Positions 10,375 through 19,020 of a stretch of DNA of 64,000 nt are shown piece after piece (position 1 is the first letter of the stretch; every line of letters starts with the position of its first letter). The stretch is from a bacterium. GTDB taxonomy: Bacteria; Auribacterota; UBA3054. The position numbers were made by a program, and so were the translations under genes. The notes under the pieces were generated by a model that ran no database searches, was not told the origin of the DNA, and worked only from the letters and a program-made list of their open reading frames with translations. The stretch spans positions 70,902 through 134,901 of the forward strand of contig JAFYXV010000003.1 in the NCBI GenBank assembly GCA_017557885.1, in the 5' to 3' direction.

Positions 10375-10807
10375 GCCCTGGTACACCAAGACGCTGGAAA
10401 GGACTCACAAACGCCACAGCAGGATCATGGCGCTGGCGGATCTTTCGCCGGTGGTGGACATACTGTTCATCATAGCGGTGACGCTTTTTGTTTGCAGCGG
10501 ACTTGTCTATCGTCCGGGGGTGGCGGTCTCTCTTCCGAATAATACCGATCCGGACAGCATCAGGGGCGAAGTTATGACGCTTACGCTGACCAAGGAGGGA
10601 GATCTTTACGCCGAAGGCGACGACCTTTCGCCTGTCAGCAGAGACAGGGCCCTGGAGCTTATGGAACAGTTCAAAAAGAACTGCCCCTCCGGGACCGTCC
10701 TTGTGATGGCGGATGAAGAATCTAAGCAGAAAGACATGGCGGAAATTTTGAAACTCATAAGGGAAGCCGGCATCCGCAAAGCCGCGTACGCCACTTCCCA
10801 AAAATGA
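10367..10807 (+). CDS. exbD: Biopolymer transport protein ExbD/TolR
   Basis: It has an N-terminal single TM (LSPVVDILFIIAVTLF) and a periplasmic ExbD fold, and is ~146 aa long. It overlaps exbB. Confidence 0.85.
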   Translation: MPRPWYTKTLERTHKRHSRIMALADLSPVVDILFIIAVTLFVCSGLVYRPGVAVSLPNNTDPDSIRGEVMTLTLTKEGDLYAEGDDLSPVSRDRALELMEQFKKNCPSGTVLVMADEESKQKDMAEILKLIREAGIRKAAYATSQK

Positions 10808-10839
10808 CCGAACATATAATTTTCAAAAAGGAGGTTTTT

Positions 10840-11211
10840 ATGTTTAAAAAGATCGTAAACGACGCTCTCAATTTCGGCATGGGCGTTACCGCTGCCGGCA
10901 AAGACAAAGCCGAACTGCTGGCCAAGAAACTGCAGGACAAGTGCGGTGTAACCAAAGCTGAAAGCCAGAAGATCGTCAAGGAAATGATCTCCCGGGGCGA
11001 AAAGATCCGCATCCAATTTGAAAAAGACTTCCTCTCGACCCAGGCCGAGCTCTTCACAAAACTGGAAAAATTCGCCAAAGACAACAAGGAGAAGGCCCAG
11101 AAGAAAGCCGCTCCCAAAGCCAAAGCAAAAGCCAAGCCCTGCTGCAAAAAGGCCTGCGCCAAAAAGAGCGCGCCCAAGAAAACGGCCAAAAAAGCAGCCG
11201 AGAAAAAATAA
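10840..11211 (+). CDS. Histone H1-like nucleoid protein (chlamydial Hc1/HctA-like): helical N-domain plus Lys/Ala/Pro-rich tail with Cys
   Basis: A strong RBS (AAAGGAGG) lies 5 nt upstream of the ATG at 10840. The C-terminal tail reads KKAAPKAKAKAKPCCKKACAKKSAPKKTAKKAAEKK. A hairpin follows the gene. Confidence 0.7.
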   Translation: MFKKIVNDALNFGMGVTAAGKDKAELLAKKLQDKCGVTKAESQKIVKEMISRGEKIRIQFEKDFLSTQAELFTKLEKFAKDNKEKAQKKAAPKAKAKAKPCCKKACAKKSAPKKTAKKAAEKK

Positions 11212-11225
11212 CGATAAATTCTGAC

Positions 11226-11256
11226 GCCCCGGGGCGAAAAGCTCCGGGGCTTATTC
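11226..11256 (+). terminator. Weak hairpin after hc1-like gene (CCCCGG...CCGGGG)
   Basis: The stem is 6 bp and GC-only with an 11-nt loop. The downstream T-tract is poor. Confidence 0.3.
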
Positions 11257-11259
11257 AAA

Positions 11260-12957
11260 ATGAGCGAAAGATCCAGAAGCATACTTGAGACATACAACTG
11301 CCTGGTGCGCTACAAGGAGATAACCGCCATTCTTCTGCGCTACGGCTACCGCGATCTTCTTGAGCGCCTCCATCTTGGCGACCAGCAGAAGCTGAAGGAG
11401 GTTTTCCGGGAAAAGAACGAGGAGAGCTCCGAACTCGTCTCCCTTAGCGGCCCGGAAAGGCTGCGTTTTTTGCTTGAAGAGCTGGGCACGACCTTCATCA
11501 AGTTCGGCCAGATCTTAAGCACCAGGACGGATCTTTTGCCGGAGGAATATTGCGCCGAGTTAAAGAAACTCCAGGATCACGTCACGCCCACGCCGGACGA
11601 GACCGCCAAGGCTCTCATCGCCCAGGAGCTGGGGCAGAAAGTCGAAGATATCTTCAGGGAGTTTTCACCACAACCCATAGCCTGCGCCTCCATCGCCCAA
11701 GTTTACAAAGCTAAATTGCCCACCGGAGAGACCGTGGCGGTCAAGGTCAGGCATCCCGACATCGAAAGAAAGATCGCCGCCGATCTGGCCATTATGGAAG
11801 ACCTGGCGCGCCTTCTGGAGCGCAACATAAGCGATCTGGCCGCCCTGCGGCCGGTGGCGCTGGTCAAGGAATTCGGCCGCAATCTGAGCAACGAGACCAA
11901 TCTTCTCATCGAAGCCAACAATCTGGAACGCTTCAACACCCAGAACGAGGGAAAGGAAGGCTTGCGGCTGGTTAAGCTTTACCGGGAGCTCACCACTTCC
12001 AAAGTTTTGGTCATGGAATTCATGGAGGGCGTCAAGATATCGGACACGGAGAAATTGCGTTCTCTGGATCTTGACCTCAAAGCGGTCGCCCATTCCGGGA
12101 CCAGGATAATCCTGGAACAGGTCTTCGTGCAGGGATTTTTCCACGGCGATCCGCATCCCGGCAACATCCTGGTCCTGGAGGACGGCCGGATCTGCTTCCT
12201 GGATTTCGGATTGATGGGCAAATTGAACCGTTCGCAGCGCCTTTCTCTGGCGGAAATGCTTGTGGCGGTCTCCCGGCGGCGGGACGACGATCTTTTGAAA
12301 GGCGTCCTGGCGCTTTCCGAAAACGGGGACGAGATCAAAGACCAAGCCGAATTGGGAAGAGATCTTTCCGACTTTGTGGACAAGTACGCCTATCTGCCCC
12401 TGGACAAACTGAAAGTCAACGAGATATTGAACGACCTTCTGAAACTTCTTACTGTGCACGGCATCGTGCTTCCTCCGGAGATATCTACTCTGGTGAAAGT
12501 CTTGGCCATGCTCGAGGGGACGGGCGTTGCCCTGGATCCGGAGTTCCAGGTCCTGGAAGAGATAAAGCCATTTGCGGAGAAGCTCATTTTGGAAAAATAC
12601 GATCCCAAGAGGATCGCCACGGACATGACCCACACCTCCGCGGAGCTTTACCGTCTTTTGAGAGATCTGCCCGACGAAGCCAGGGAGCTTATAAAGGTCG
12701 TCAAGAAAGCGGAACTGAAGATCAATTTCAGTTCCGCCGGCTTAAAGTTTTTAATGAGGGCTTTCGACAAGGACGCCAACCGTCTTGCCTATGCCCTTAT
12801 CGTTTCTTCGCTGCTTTTGGCCAGCTCCATACTCCTTCTGGCCCATGTTCCCCCCGTTTATCATGAGGTGTCCCTGATGGGTCTTGTGGGGCTTGTGGTC
12901 TCCGGAGCCATGGGCCTCTGGCTTCTAATTGCCATCGCCCGTTCCGGACATCTGTGA
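11260..12957 (+). CDS. ubiB: ABC1/UbiB-family atypical protein kinase
   Basis: It has an ABC1 kinase core (VAVKVRHPDIE, HGDPHPGNIL, DFG) and a C-terminal TM segment. Confidence 0.85.
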   Translation: MSERSRSILETYNCLVRYKEITAILLRYGYRDLLERLHLGDQQKLKEVFREKNEESSELVSLSGPERLRFLLEELGTTFIKFGQILSTRTDLLPEEYCAELKKLQDHVTPTPDETAKALIAQELGQKVEDIFREFSPQPIACASIAQVYKAKLPTGETVAVKVRHPDIERKIAADLAIMEDLARLLERNISDLAALRPVALVKEFGRNLSNETNLLIEANNLERFNTQNEGKEGLRLVKLYRELTTSKVLVMEFMEGVKISDTEKLRSLDLDLKAVAHSGTRIILEQVFVQGFFHGDPHPGNILVLEDGRICFLDFGLMGKLNRSQRLSLAEMLVAVSRRRDDDLLKGVLALSENGDEIKDQAELGRDLSDFVDKYAYLPLDKLKVNEILNDLLKLLTVHGIVLPPEISTLVKVLAMLEGTGVALDPEFQVLEEIKPFAEKLILEKYDPKRIATDMTHTSAELYRLLRDLPDEARELIKVVKKAELKINFSSAGLKFLMRAFDKDANRLAYALIVSSLLLASSILLLAHVPPVYHEVSLMGLVGLVVSGAMGLWLLIAIARSGHL

Positions 12958-15053
12958 GTTTTTTAAATATGCTCTCCGTCACGGTCATTATAGCTGCTCT
13001 TTTGTTTTTGACCTGCTCGCTCTATTTCACAGCGAAACTGAAATGGTTTGCAGCGATTCCTCTCTCGGCGCTGGTCATATGGGCTTTCTTAAAGAGAGTC
13101 CTGTTCCTGGGAGAGAAATGCTTCTGGTGGGATGAATTTCTGACCGAGCAGAGAGTCTGGTACACCGAAAGCGAGATCTTCGAATATCCGATGACCGCCA
13201 GGGCGGTTATCTATTCTTTTATTCTCAAATTCTACGCCTCTTTTGTCAGTTTCTTTACCCACAACGACTACCTGACGGAATTCCAATTGCGTTTTCCTCA
13301 CGCGCTGGCTGGCACCCTCGCCCTGCTGGTGATCTATTTCATAGGCAAATTGCTGAAGGACAAGGTCTCTGGCCTTCTTATGGCCTTTTTGGCGGCCTTT
13401 TCGCCTTTTTTGATCATTTATGCGCGTGAAGCGCGCTATTATCCCTTTGTGCTTTTATTCTCCGCCTGCCTCGTCCACGCAGCCCTGCTCATCATATACA
13501 GGCAGGAGAATAAAAGAGCTCTGCTTTATTACGCCTATTACGCGATCGTTGCCATAATGGGCATGCACACTCACCAGGGTTTCTGGCTTCTTTTTGCCGC
13601 CTCCAATATCTTCCTTGTCCTCTTTGAGATTCAAAACCTCATCTTTAAAAAAGAACAAAAGCCAAACCTGATCTTCCTGATCGAGATCTTTTGGCTCATG
13701 ACTCTCCCCATAGTCACCGCCTACTTCTGCATCGATTCCCTTCTGGACAAAGGGGCAAATTCAGGCATCATCAAAGCCGCAAAACTTGTCCCAAGCTTAG
13801 ATCTCGCTTTTTTTAAAACTGTCCACCAAGAGCTTTGGCAGGGGATAAGGCCCTGCCAATACCTCCACTTTATTGCCCTGGCATCGGCGATCTTTTTGCT
13901 TTTCCCAAAAAAGACCAGAAAACTCTCCCTATACCTTCTTACCGTCACCGCCGTAACCTTTGTCGCCTTAAGGAACATGGGAACTTTCAAGGAGCCTTTC
14001 CGGGTAAAGTACATCACTTTCATCTGGCTCGTTGAAGCGATAGTCCTTGTTTTGGCTTCAGCCAACATACTGGATCTTGTTCTGATAAAAGTTAAAAACC
14101 AAAATATCCAGACCGGCGTATACTGTTTCGCTCTTGCGCTTATGGCGGTCATTTCCCTGGAAGACTCAACAGAAACTTTCAGCCTGCCCAAAAAAGAGAA
14201 GCTCACGGAATCTTACCGGACCTTGACCAAAAAACTGAACGATCTGGCACAGCCTGACGATATCATCGTCTCTTACGAAGAGGGCCTCGAAGCCCTGCAG
14301 TATTACAAAAGAGTTTACGCTTCCGACTGGAAGATCATCGGCGCTCACCAGATCGAAAGCCAATATTCCGGCAATTACATCTACGACGGCTTCGCTTATT
14401 GTCTCTTTCACAAAAACACCGCAAGGACAGAAAACAACCAGACGCTTGAGAAAATAGCCAGTTCTGCCGGATACTCGCTCTACAAAACCAAAAGCAAGCT
14501 GGACCCGCAGCTTCAAAACAATCTCCTTATAACCTTAATTGACGGCTTCAAGGAGAAAAACGATCTTCCTGTCAAAAAGAGCATTGACCGATTGTATTTC
14601 ACCGGCAACTATCTCAAGAACGGTAATTTTGAAAACGAATTAAAAGACTGGACGGCCAGCGAGATCAACAGAGACTACATGTCGATCTCTGTGCTCGTCA
14701 CAAACAATACGACGTACTTAAACATCACCAACAACTATTCGACAGCTCTGGTCCTGTCACAAACGATCGACATCCCGGCTCCGGGCCAATATTCCCTCGT
14801 TTTTAAAACTCACGGTTTTTACTCCAGCGGACACTTGACTATCAAATCTGATGACGTAAACATAGACATCTACCGCGCCGAGATCACCAACCCCGTTTTT
14901 CCCAGATTCCATAACCTAAATTTCAAAAAGCCGCAAACAGTCAAACTCTACATAACCATAAAACCGGACAATTACGCCGCCCTTTACAATTTCGGCTTCT
15001 ACAAGCTTGAAAAGCGCCGGCAAATTTCCACGCCTTCGGCCGGAAACAATTGA
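12954..15053 (+). CDS. GT-C fold glycosyltransferase, ArnT/PMT-like (GT39/GT83-type) with C-terminal soluble domain
   Basis: It has >10 TM helices, a WWDEF acidic loop motif and an RFPHALAGTLALLVIYF region typical of ArnT/PMT. A GTG start at 12954 overlaps the ubiB stop; the alternative ATG is at 12969. Confidence 0.7.
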   Translation: MSFLNMLSVTVIIAALLFLTCSLYFTAKLKWFAAIPLSALVIWAFLKRVLFLGEKCFWWDEFLTEQRVWYTESEIFEYPMTARAVIYSFILKFYASFVSFFTHNDYLTEFQLRFPHALAGTLALLVIYFIGKLLKDKVSGLLMAFLAAFSPFLIIYAREARYYPFVLLFSACLVHAALLIIYRQENKRALLYYAYYAIVAIMGMHTHQGFWLLFAASNIFLVLFEIQNLIFKKEQKPNLIFLIEIFWLMTLPIVTAYFCIDSLLDKGANSGIIKAAKLVPSLDLAFFKTVHQELWQGIRPCQYLHFIALASAIFLLFPKKTRKLSLYLLTVTAVTFVALRNMGTFKEPFRVKYITFIWLVEAIVLVLASANILDLVLIKVKNQNIQTGVYCFALALMAVISLEDSTETFSLPKKEKLTESYRTLTKKLNDLAQPDDIIVSYEEGLEALQYYKRVYASDWKIIGAHQIESQYSGNYIYDGFAYCLFHKNTARTENNQTLEKIASSAGYSLYKTKSKLDPQLQNNLLITLIDGFKEKNDLPVKKSIDRLYFTGNYLKNGNFENELKDWTASEINRDYMSISVLVTNNTTYLNITNNYSTALVLSQTIDIPAPGQYSLVFKTHGFYSSGHLTIKSDDVNIDIYRAEITNPVFPRFHNLNFKKPQTVKLYITIKPDNYAALYNFGFYKLEKRRQISTPSAGNN

Positions 15054-15077
15054 GCGCAAGTTCGTTTTTGGTACAAT
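15050..15077 (+). promoter_or_regulatory. Putative sigma70 promoter for argB-argD (TTGAGC-16-TGgTACAAT)
   Basis: An extended -10 TGnTACAAT lies at 15069-15077 with a -35-like hexamer 16 nt upstream. The AT-rich leader runs to the ATG at 15123. Confidence 0.45.
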
Positions 15078-15122
15078 GATAAAAATTAAAACCATATATT
15101 TTTTCAATCATTAAAAAATGAA

Positions 15123-16001
15123 ATGAAAGAAGCGATTAAAAAAACCGAGATCCTCATCGAGGCACTTCCTTACATCCAGAAGTTTAAGAACCGCATCGTC
15201 GTCATCAAATACGGCGGATCCGCCATGGCGGAAGCGGGCGTGGACGAAGGGATACTGAAAGACATCGCCTTCATGCGCGCCGTGGGCATGTGCCCGGTGG
15301 TGGTGCACGGCGGCGGCAAGCACATTTCCAAAGCCATGGAGAAAGAGGGGATCGCCCCCAATTTCGTAAAGGGACTGCGCGTCACCGACGAACACACCAT
15401 GCGGGTGGTGGAAGACGTCCTTGTAAACGAAGTCAACGCCAAGCTCGTCGAAAAACTCAGGGAATTGGCCTGTCCGGCCGAGCCCCTTGTCGCCAAACAC
15501 ACCCACACTATCTGCGTGGACAAGCTCAAAGGCCAGGACGAAAACGGAAACCCCTTCGACTGGGGCTTTGTGGGCAAGGTCCGCCGCATTAACCCGCGCA
15601 GGATCTTCGAGACCATTATGAACGGCTCCGTCCCGGTGGTGGCTCCCATCGGCCGCGACCAGAAAGGGCACGCCTACAACGTCAACGCCGACATCGCCGC
15701 TTCGGAGATCGCCGGCTGCCTCTCCGCGGAGAAGCTTGTCTTCTTAACAAACGTGCCAGGATTGCTGCGGGATCCCGAGGATCCCAAGAGCCTCATATCC
15801 TCCGTGCACATGAGCGAGATCCCGAAACTTGTGAAGGAAGGCATAATCAAAGGCGGCATGATACCCAAGGTGGAAGCCTGCCTGGAAGCCATGAAAAACA
15901 ACGTGAAGACCACCCACATCGTGGGCGGCGACATTCCCCACAGCCTGCTGCTCGAGATCTTCACCGACCGCGGCATAGGAACACAGTTCTTGTCAGACTA
16001 A
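15123..16001 (+). CDS. argB: Acetylglutamate kinase
   Basis: It has an amino-acid kinase fold (IVVIKYGGSAM..., VVVHGGG). Confidence 0.9.
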   Translation: MKEAIKKTEILIEALPYIQKFKNRIVVIKYGGSAMAEAGVDEGILKDIAFMRAVGMCPVVVHGGGKHISKAMEKEGIAPNFVKGLRVTDEHTMRVVEDVLVNEVNAKLVEKLRELACPAEPLVAKHTHTICVDKLKGQDENGNPFDWGFVGKVRRINPRRIFETIMNGSVPVVAPIGRDQKGHAYNVNADIAASEIAGCLSAEKLVFLTNVPGLLRDPEDPKSLISSVHMSEIPKLVKEGIIKGGMIPKVEACLEAMKNNVKTTHIVGGDIPHSLLLEIFTDRGIGTQFLSD

Positions 16002-16021
16002 GACTTAAGAAGGAAAACGAA

Positions 16022-17194
16022 GTGAACGTTTACGAAAATTACGACAATTACATCATGAAGACCTACGGCCGGGTCAAGCCCGCCTTCGTGGAAGGAAAAG
16101 GCTCCTGGGTCTTCGATGCGGAAGGCAAAAAATACCTTGACTTTTTCCCCGGCTGGGGCACCGGCCTTCTTGGTCACTGCCACCCCGCGGTGGTGGAAGC
16201 CATCCAAAAGCAGGCTGCGAAGCTCATCCATCTGCCCAACAATTATTACAACGAACCGCAGGCCGAATTGGCGGAGACCGTAATTAAAAAAGCTTTCCCC
16301 GGCAAGATCTTCTTCTGCAATTCCGGCGCGGAAGCCATAGAGGGCTCCATGAAGGTGGCCCGCAACTGGGGAAAAGACAAAGGCCGCTACAAATTCATCA
16401 CCACCAATAATTCTTTCCACGGCCGGACCTTCGGCGCTCTGACCGCCACGGCCCAGGAAAAATACCAGGCGCCTTTCAAGCCTCTTGTGCCCGGGTTCTC
16501 CTACGTCCCTTACGACGACATCCAGGCCATGGAAGAGACTATGGACGAAGAGACCTGCGCCGTCATTTTGGAACCCGTACAGGGCGAAGGCGGAGTCAAC
16601 ATTCCTTCTTTGGAATACATGCGCGCTCTGAGGGAGCTCTGCACGAAGAAAGGCTGCCTTCTTATCTGCGACGAAGTGCAGACCGGCGTCGGCCGCTGCG
16701 GCTATTGGTTCGGTCACCAGCATTTCGGCATAACGCCGGACATCATGGCGGTTGCCAAGATAGCCGGCGGCGGCGCGCCCATCGGCATGATCGTGGCCAA
16801 ACCTGAGATCGCCGACCTTATGCAGCCCGGCTACCACGGCAGCACTTACGGCGGCAATCCTCTGGTCTGCGCCGCCTCCCTGGCAGTCTTCAATACCATC
16901 GAAAAGGAGAACGTGCTTGAGAAAGCCCGCGCCCTGAAGGAAAAATTCGACGTTTACGCCAAAGCTCTCAAGGAAAAATATCCCGTGGTCAAGGAATACC
17001 GCGGCATGGGCGCCATCTACGGCATCGAATTGAACGTTCCCGGCGCGCCCGTCACAGCCTACGCCCTGGAGAATGGAGTGCTGGCCAACTGCACCCACAA
17101 CGTGGTGCTGCGCTTTTTGCCCTCCGCATTCATGAGCGACGAAGAATTGGAATTCGGCATGAGCGTTCTGGAAAAAGGCATCGCCAAACTTTGA
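16022..17194 (+). CDS. argD: Acetylornithine aminotransferase (class III PLP aminotransferase)
   Basis: It has a PLP-lysine region (CDEVQTGVGRCG) and family-typical length. It probably uses a GTG start. Confidence 0.88.
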   Translation: MNVYENYDNYIMKTYGRVKPAFVEGKGSWVFDAEGKKYLDFFPGWGTGLLGHCHPAVVEAIQKQAAKLIHLPNNYYNEPQAELAETVIKKAFPGKIFFCNSGAEAIEGSMKVARNWGKDKGRYKFITTNNSFHGRTFGALTATAQEKYQAPFKPLVPGFSYVPYDDIQAMEETMDEETCAVILEPVQGEGGVNIPSLEYMRALRELCTKKGCLLICDEVQTGVGRCGYWFGHQHFGITPDIMAVAKIAGGGAPIGMIVAKPEIADLMQPGYHGSTYGGNPLVCAASLAVFNTIEKENVLEKARALKEKFDVYAKALKEKYPVVKEYRGMGAIYGIELNVPGAPVTAYALENGVLANCTHNVVLRFLPSAFMSDEELEFGMSVLEKGIAKL

Positions 17195-17214
17195 AGGACG
17201 CTTGAATTTTAAAC

Positions 17215-17247
17215 GGCAAAAAAGCAGGGGAGACCCTGCTTTTTTTA
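17215..17247. terminator. Bidirectional rho-independent terminator between argD (+) and rsmA (-)
   Basis: The sequence AAAAA-GCAGGG-gaga-CCCTGC-TTTTTTT has A-run and T-run flanks. Confidence 0.75.
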
Positions 17248-18060
17248 TTCCGGCAGGCGGCGCGCCAATGCAAGGAAGAGCTTGGGAGAGAGCTCCTCGG
17301 CCCTGGCGAGTTCGTTTATGCCGAGCTCCGAAAAGGTTTTCATAGGGATGTTCAGTTCGGCGAGATTGCTTTTTAAGATCTTGCGGCGATTTTTGAAGGC
17401 TGCCTTCACGACTTTCAGGGTCTTTTGCCAAAGAGAATATTCAGGCCAGGAGATCGGCCCGATCCGGAGAATGGCGGAGTCGATGTGGGGCCTGGGATAG
17501 AAATTGTCTTTTTTTATAGTTGCGACGCATTCGGCAGGCCCGAGGATCTGTAGCAGAGCGTTCAGGGCGCCGTAGCGCTCTTCCCCTTTCTTTTGAGCGA
17601 GACGCAGGGCTTCTTCCTTTTGGATCGTGAATGTTAGGCTTTGGAAAGAAACGCCGCAGCTGATGAGTTTCAGGATGATCTCTTTGACGATGTAGTAGGG
17701 GAGATTGGCGACAACTTTGGAGCAGCGGCTGAATTCTTTGGCGTCGGCTTGGAGAAAGTCTTCGTTTATGAGACCGGCTTTGCTTTCCGGATGGAGTTCG
17801 GGCCAGAAATTTGTTAAGCGTTGGTCTATTTCGTAGGCCGTTATTTCAGCGCCCGCTGCTTCCATAAGGCATGTGAGATGGCCGAGCCCCGGTCCGATCT
17901 CCAGCACTTTGTCTCCTTTCCGAACATCCGCCACCCGGATGATCTTCTCGCATTCTATTTTGTGGAAGAGAAAGTTCTGGCCCAGCGAGCGCTTGGCCTG
18001 CAGTCCGTTTTTTTGGAGGAACTCCTTGAGATCCGCAAGATGGTAAAGGTCGGCGGTCAA
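17245..18060 (-). CDS. rsmA: 16S rRNA (adenine1518/1519-N6)-dimethyltransferase RsmA/KsgA
   Basis: It has the GQNFL motif and SAM-binding motifs (VLEIGPGLGHLT). Confidence 0.88.
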   Translation of the reverse strand: MTADLYHLADLKEFLQKNGLQAKRSLGQNFLFHKIECEKIIRVADVRKGDKVLEIGPGLGHLTCLMEAAGAEITAYEIDQRLTNFWPELHPESKAGLINEDFLQADAKEFSRCSKVVANLPYYIVKEIILKLISCGVSFQSLTFTIQKEEALRLAQKKGEERYGALNALLQILGPAECVATIKKDNFYPRPHIDSAILRIGPISWPEYSLWQKTLKVVKAAFKNRRKILKSNLAELNIPMKTFSELGINELARAEELSPKLFLALARRLPE

Positions 18061-18063
18061 TTT

Positions 18064-19020
18064 TTATTCTTTGGCAAGCCGGTAGGCGAGTTTGATGGCT
18101 GCAAGGGCGGAATGATGGTCGGCTTCAAAGTTTTCGGCAATGTTGTAAGCGGTGCCGTGGTCCGGGCTGGTCCTGACGAAGGGAAGCCCCAGGGTAACGT
18201 TGACGCCGCCCTCGAAGTCCAGAAGCTTTATGGGAATGAGCCCCTGGTCGTGGTACATGGCGACCACGATGTCGTAGCGCTTTTCTTTAGCGAAATGAAA
18301 GAGCGTGTCGGAGGGCAGCGGGCCGTAGGCTTTGATGCCGATTATGTTGGCGTCCTCGATGGCCGGAGCGATCACCTCCAGCTCTTCTTTCCCCAGAATG
18401 CCGTTTTCCCCGGCGTGAGGATTGAATCCCGCGACGGCGACTTTTGGTTCCGAAACGCCGAGGCGCCTTGCCATTTTGTCGGCCTGGACGATCTTGGAGA
18501 GGATCCCTTCGGTGGTAAGGGCGCCGGGAACTTTTGCCAAGGGGATGTGATGGGTGACCAGGACGACTTTCAGCTCTTCCGTGTAAAAAGCCATTGCGGT
18601 GTCGGCGGATCCTGTTTCGTCAGCCAGAAAGTCCGTATGGCCCGCATTCTTGTAACCGGCCATCCTTATACCCTCTTTGTTCAAAGGGGCGGTTATAAGG
18701 GCTCTCAGGGGCTCCTTGAGGCAATATTGGGTTGCCTCACGGAGGCAGACCATGGCGAAACGTCCGCAGTCGGAGGAAAGGTCGCCCAGCTCGTATTCCT
18801 CCGGGAAGGCTTCTTCTATTTCAGCGGTGGTCAAAAAATTTTCCGGAACGGGTAGCTCCAATTTTTCGGCCAGACCTTGCCAGAAGGACCGGGGTCCGGC
18901 GAAGATGATCTTGGCGTCTTCAAAAAGTTCTTCTTCTTTGATCTCGCCGTAGGCTTTCAGCATGACTTCCGGCCCTATGCCGGCTATGTCGCCCGGAGTG
19001 ATTATAAGTTCAAGAGGCAT
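18064..19020 (-). CDS. pdxA: 4-hydroxythreonine-4-phosphate dehydrogenase
   Basis: It has a PdxA fold (ITPGDIAGIGPEV, HGTA). Confidence 0.88.
   Translation of the reverse strand: MPLELIITPGDIAGIGPEVMLKAYGEIKEEELFEDAKIIFAGPRSFWQGLAEKLELPVPENFLTTAEIEEAFPEEYELGDLSSDCGRFAMVCLREATQYCLKEPLRALITAPLNKEGIRMAGYKNAGHTDFLADETGSADTAMAFYTEELKVVLVTHHIPLAKVPGALTTEGILSKIVQADKMARRLGVSEPKVAVAGFNPHAGENGILGKEELEVIAPAIEDANIIGIKAYGPLPSDTLFHFAKEKRYDIVVAMYHDQGLIPIKLLDFEGGVNVTLGLPFVRTSPDHGTAYNIAENFEADHHSALAAIKLAYRLAKE

Noticed and set aside
11018-11224. 68-aa Arg/Pro/Lys-rich ORF in the alternative frame of the Hc1-like gene
   Set aside because: It is a frame artifact of the Lys-codon-rich (AAG/AAA) tail region.
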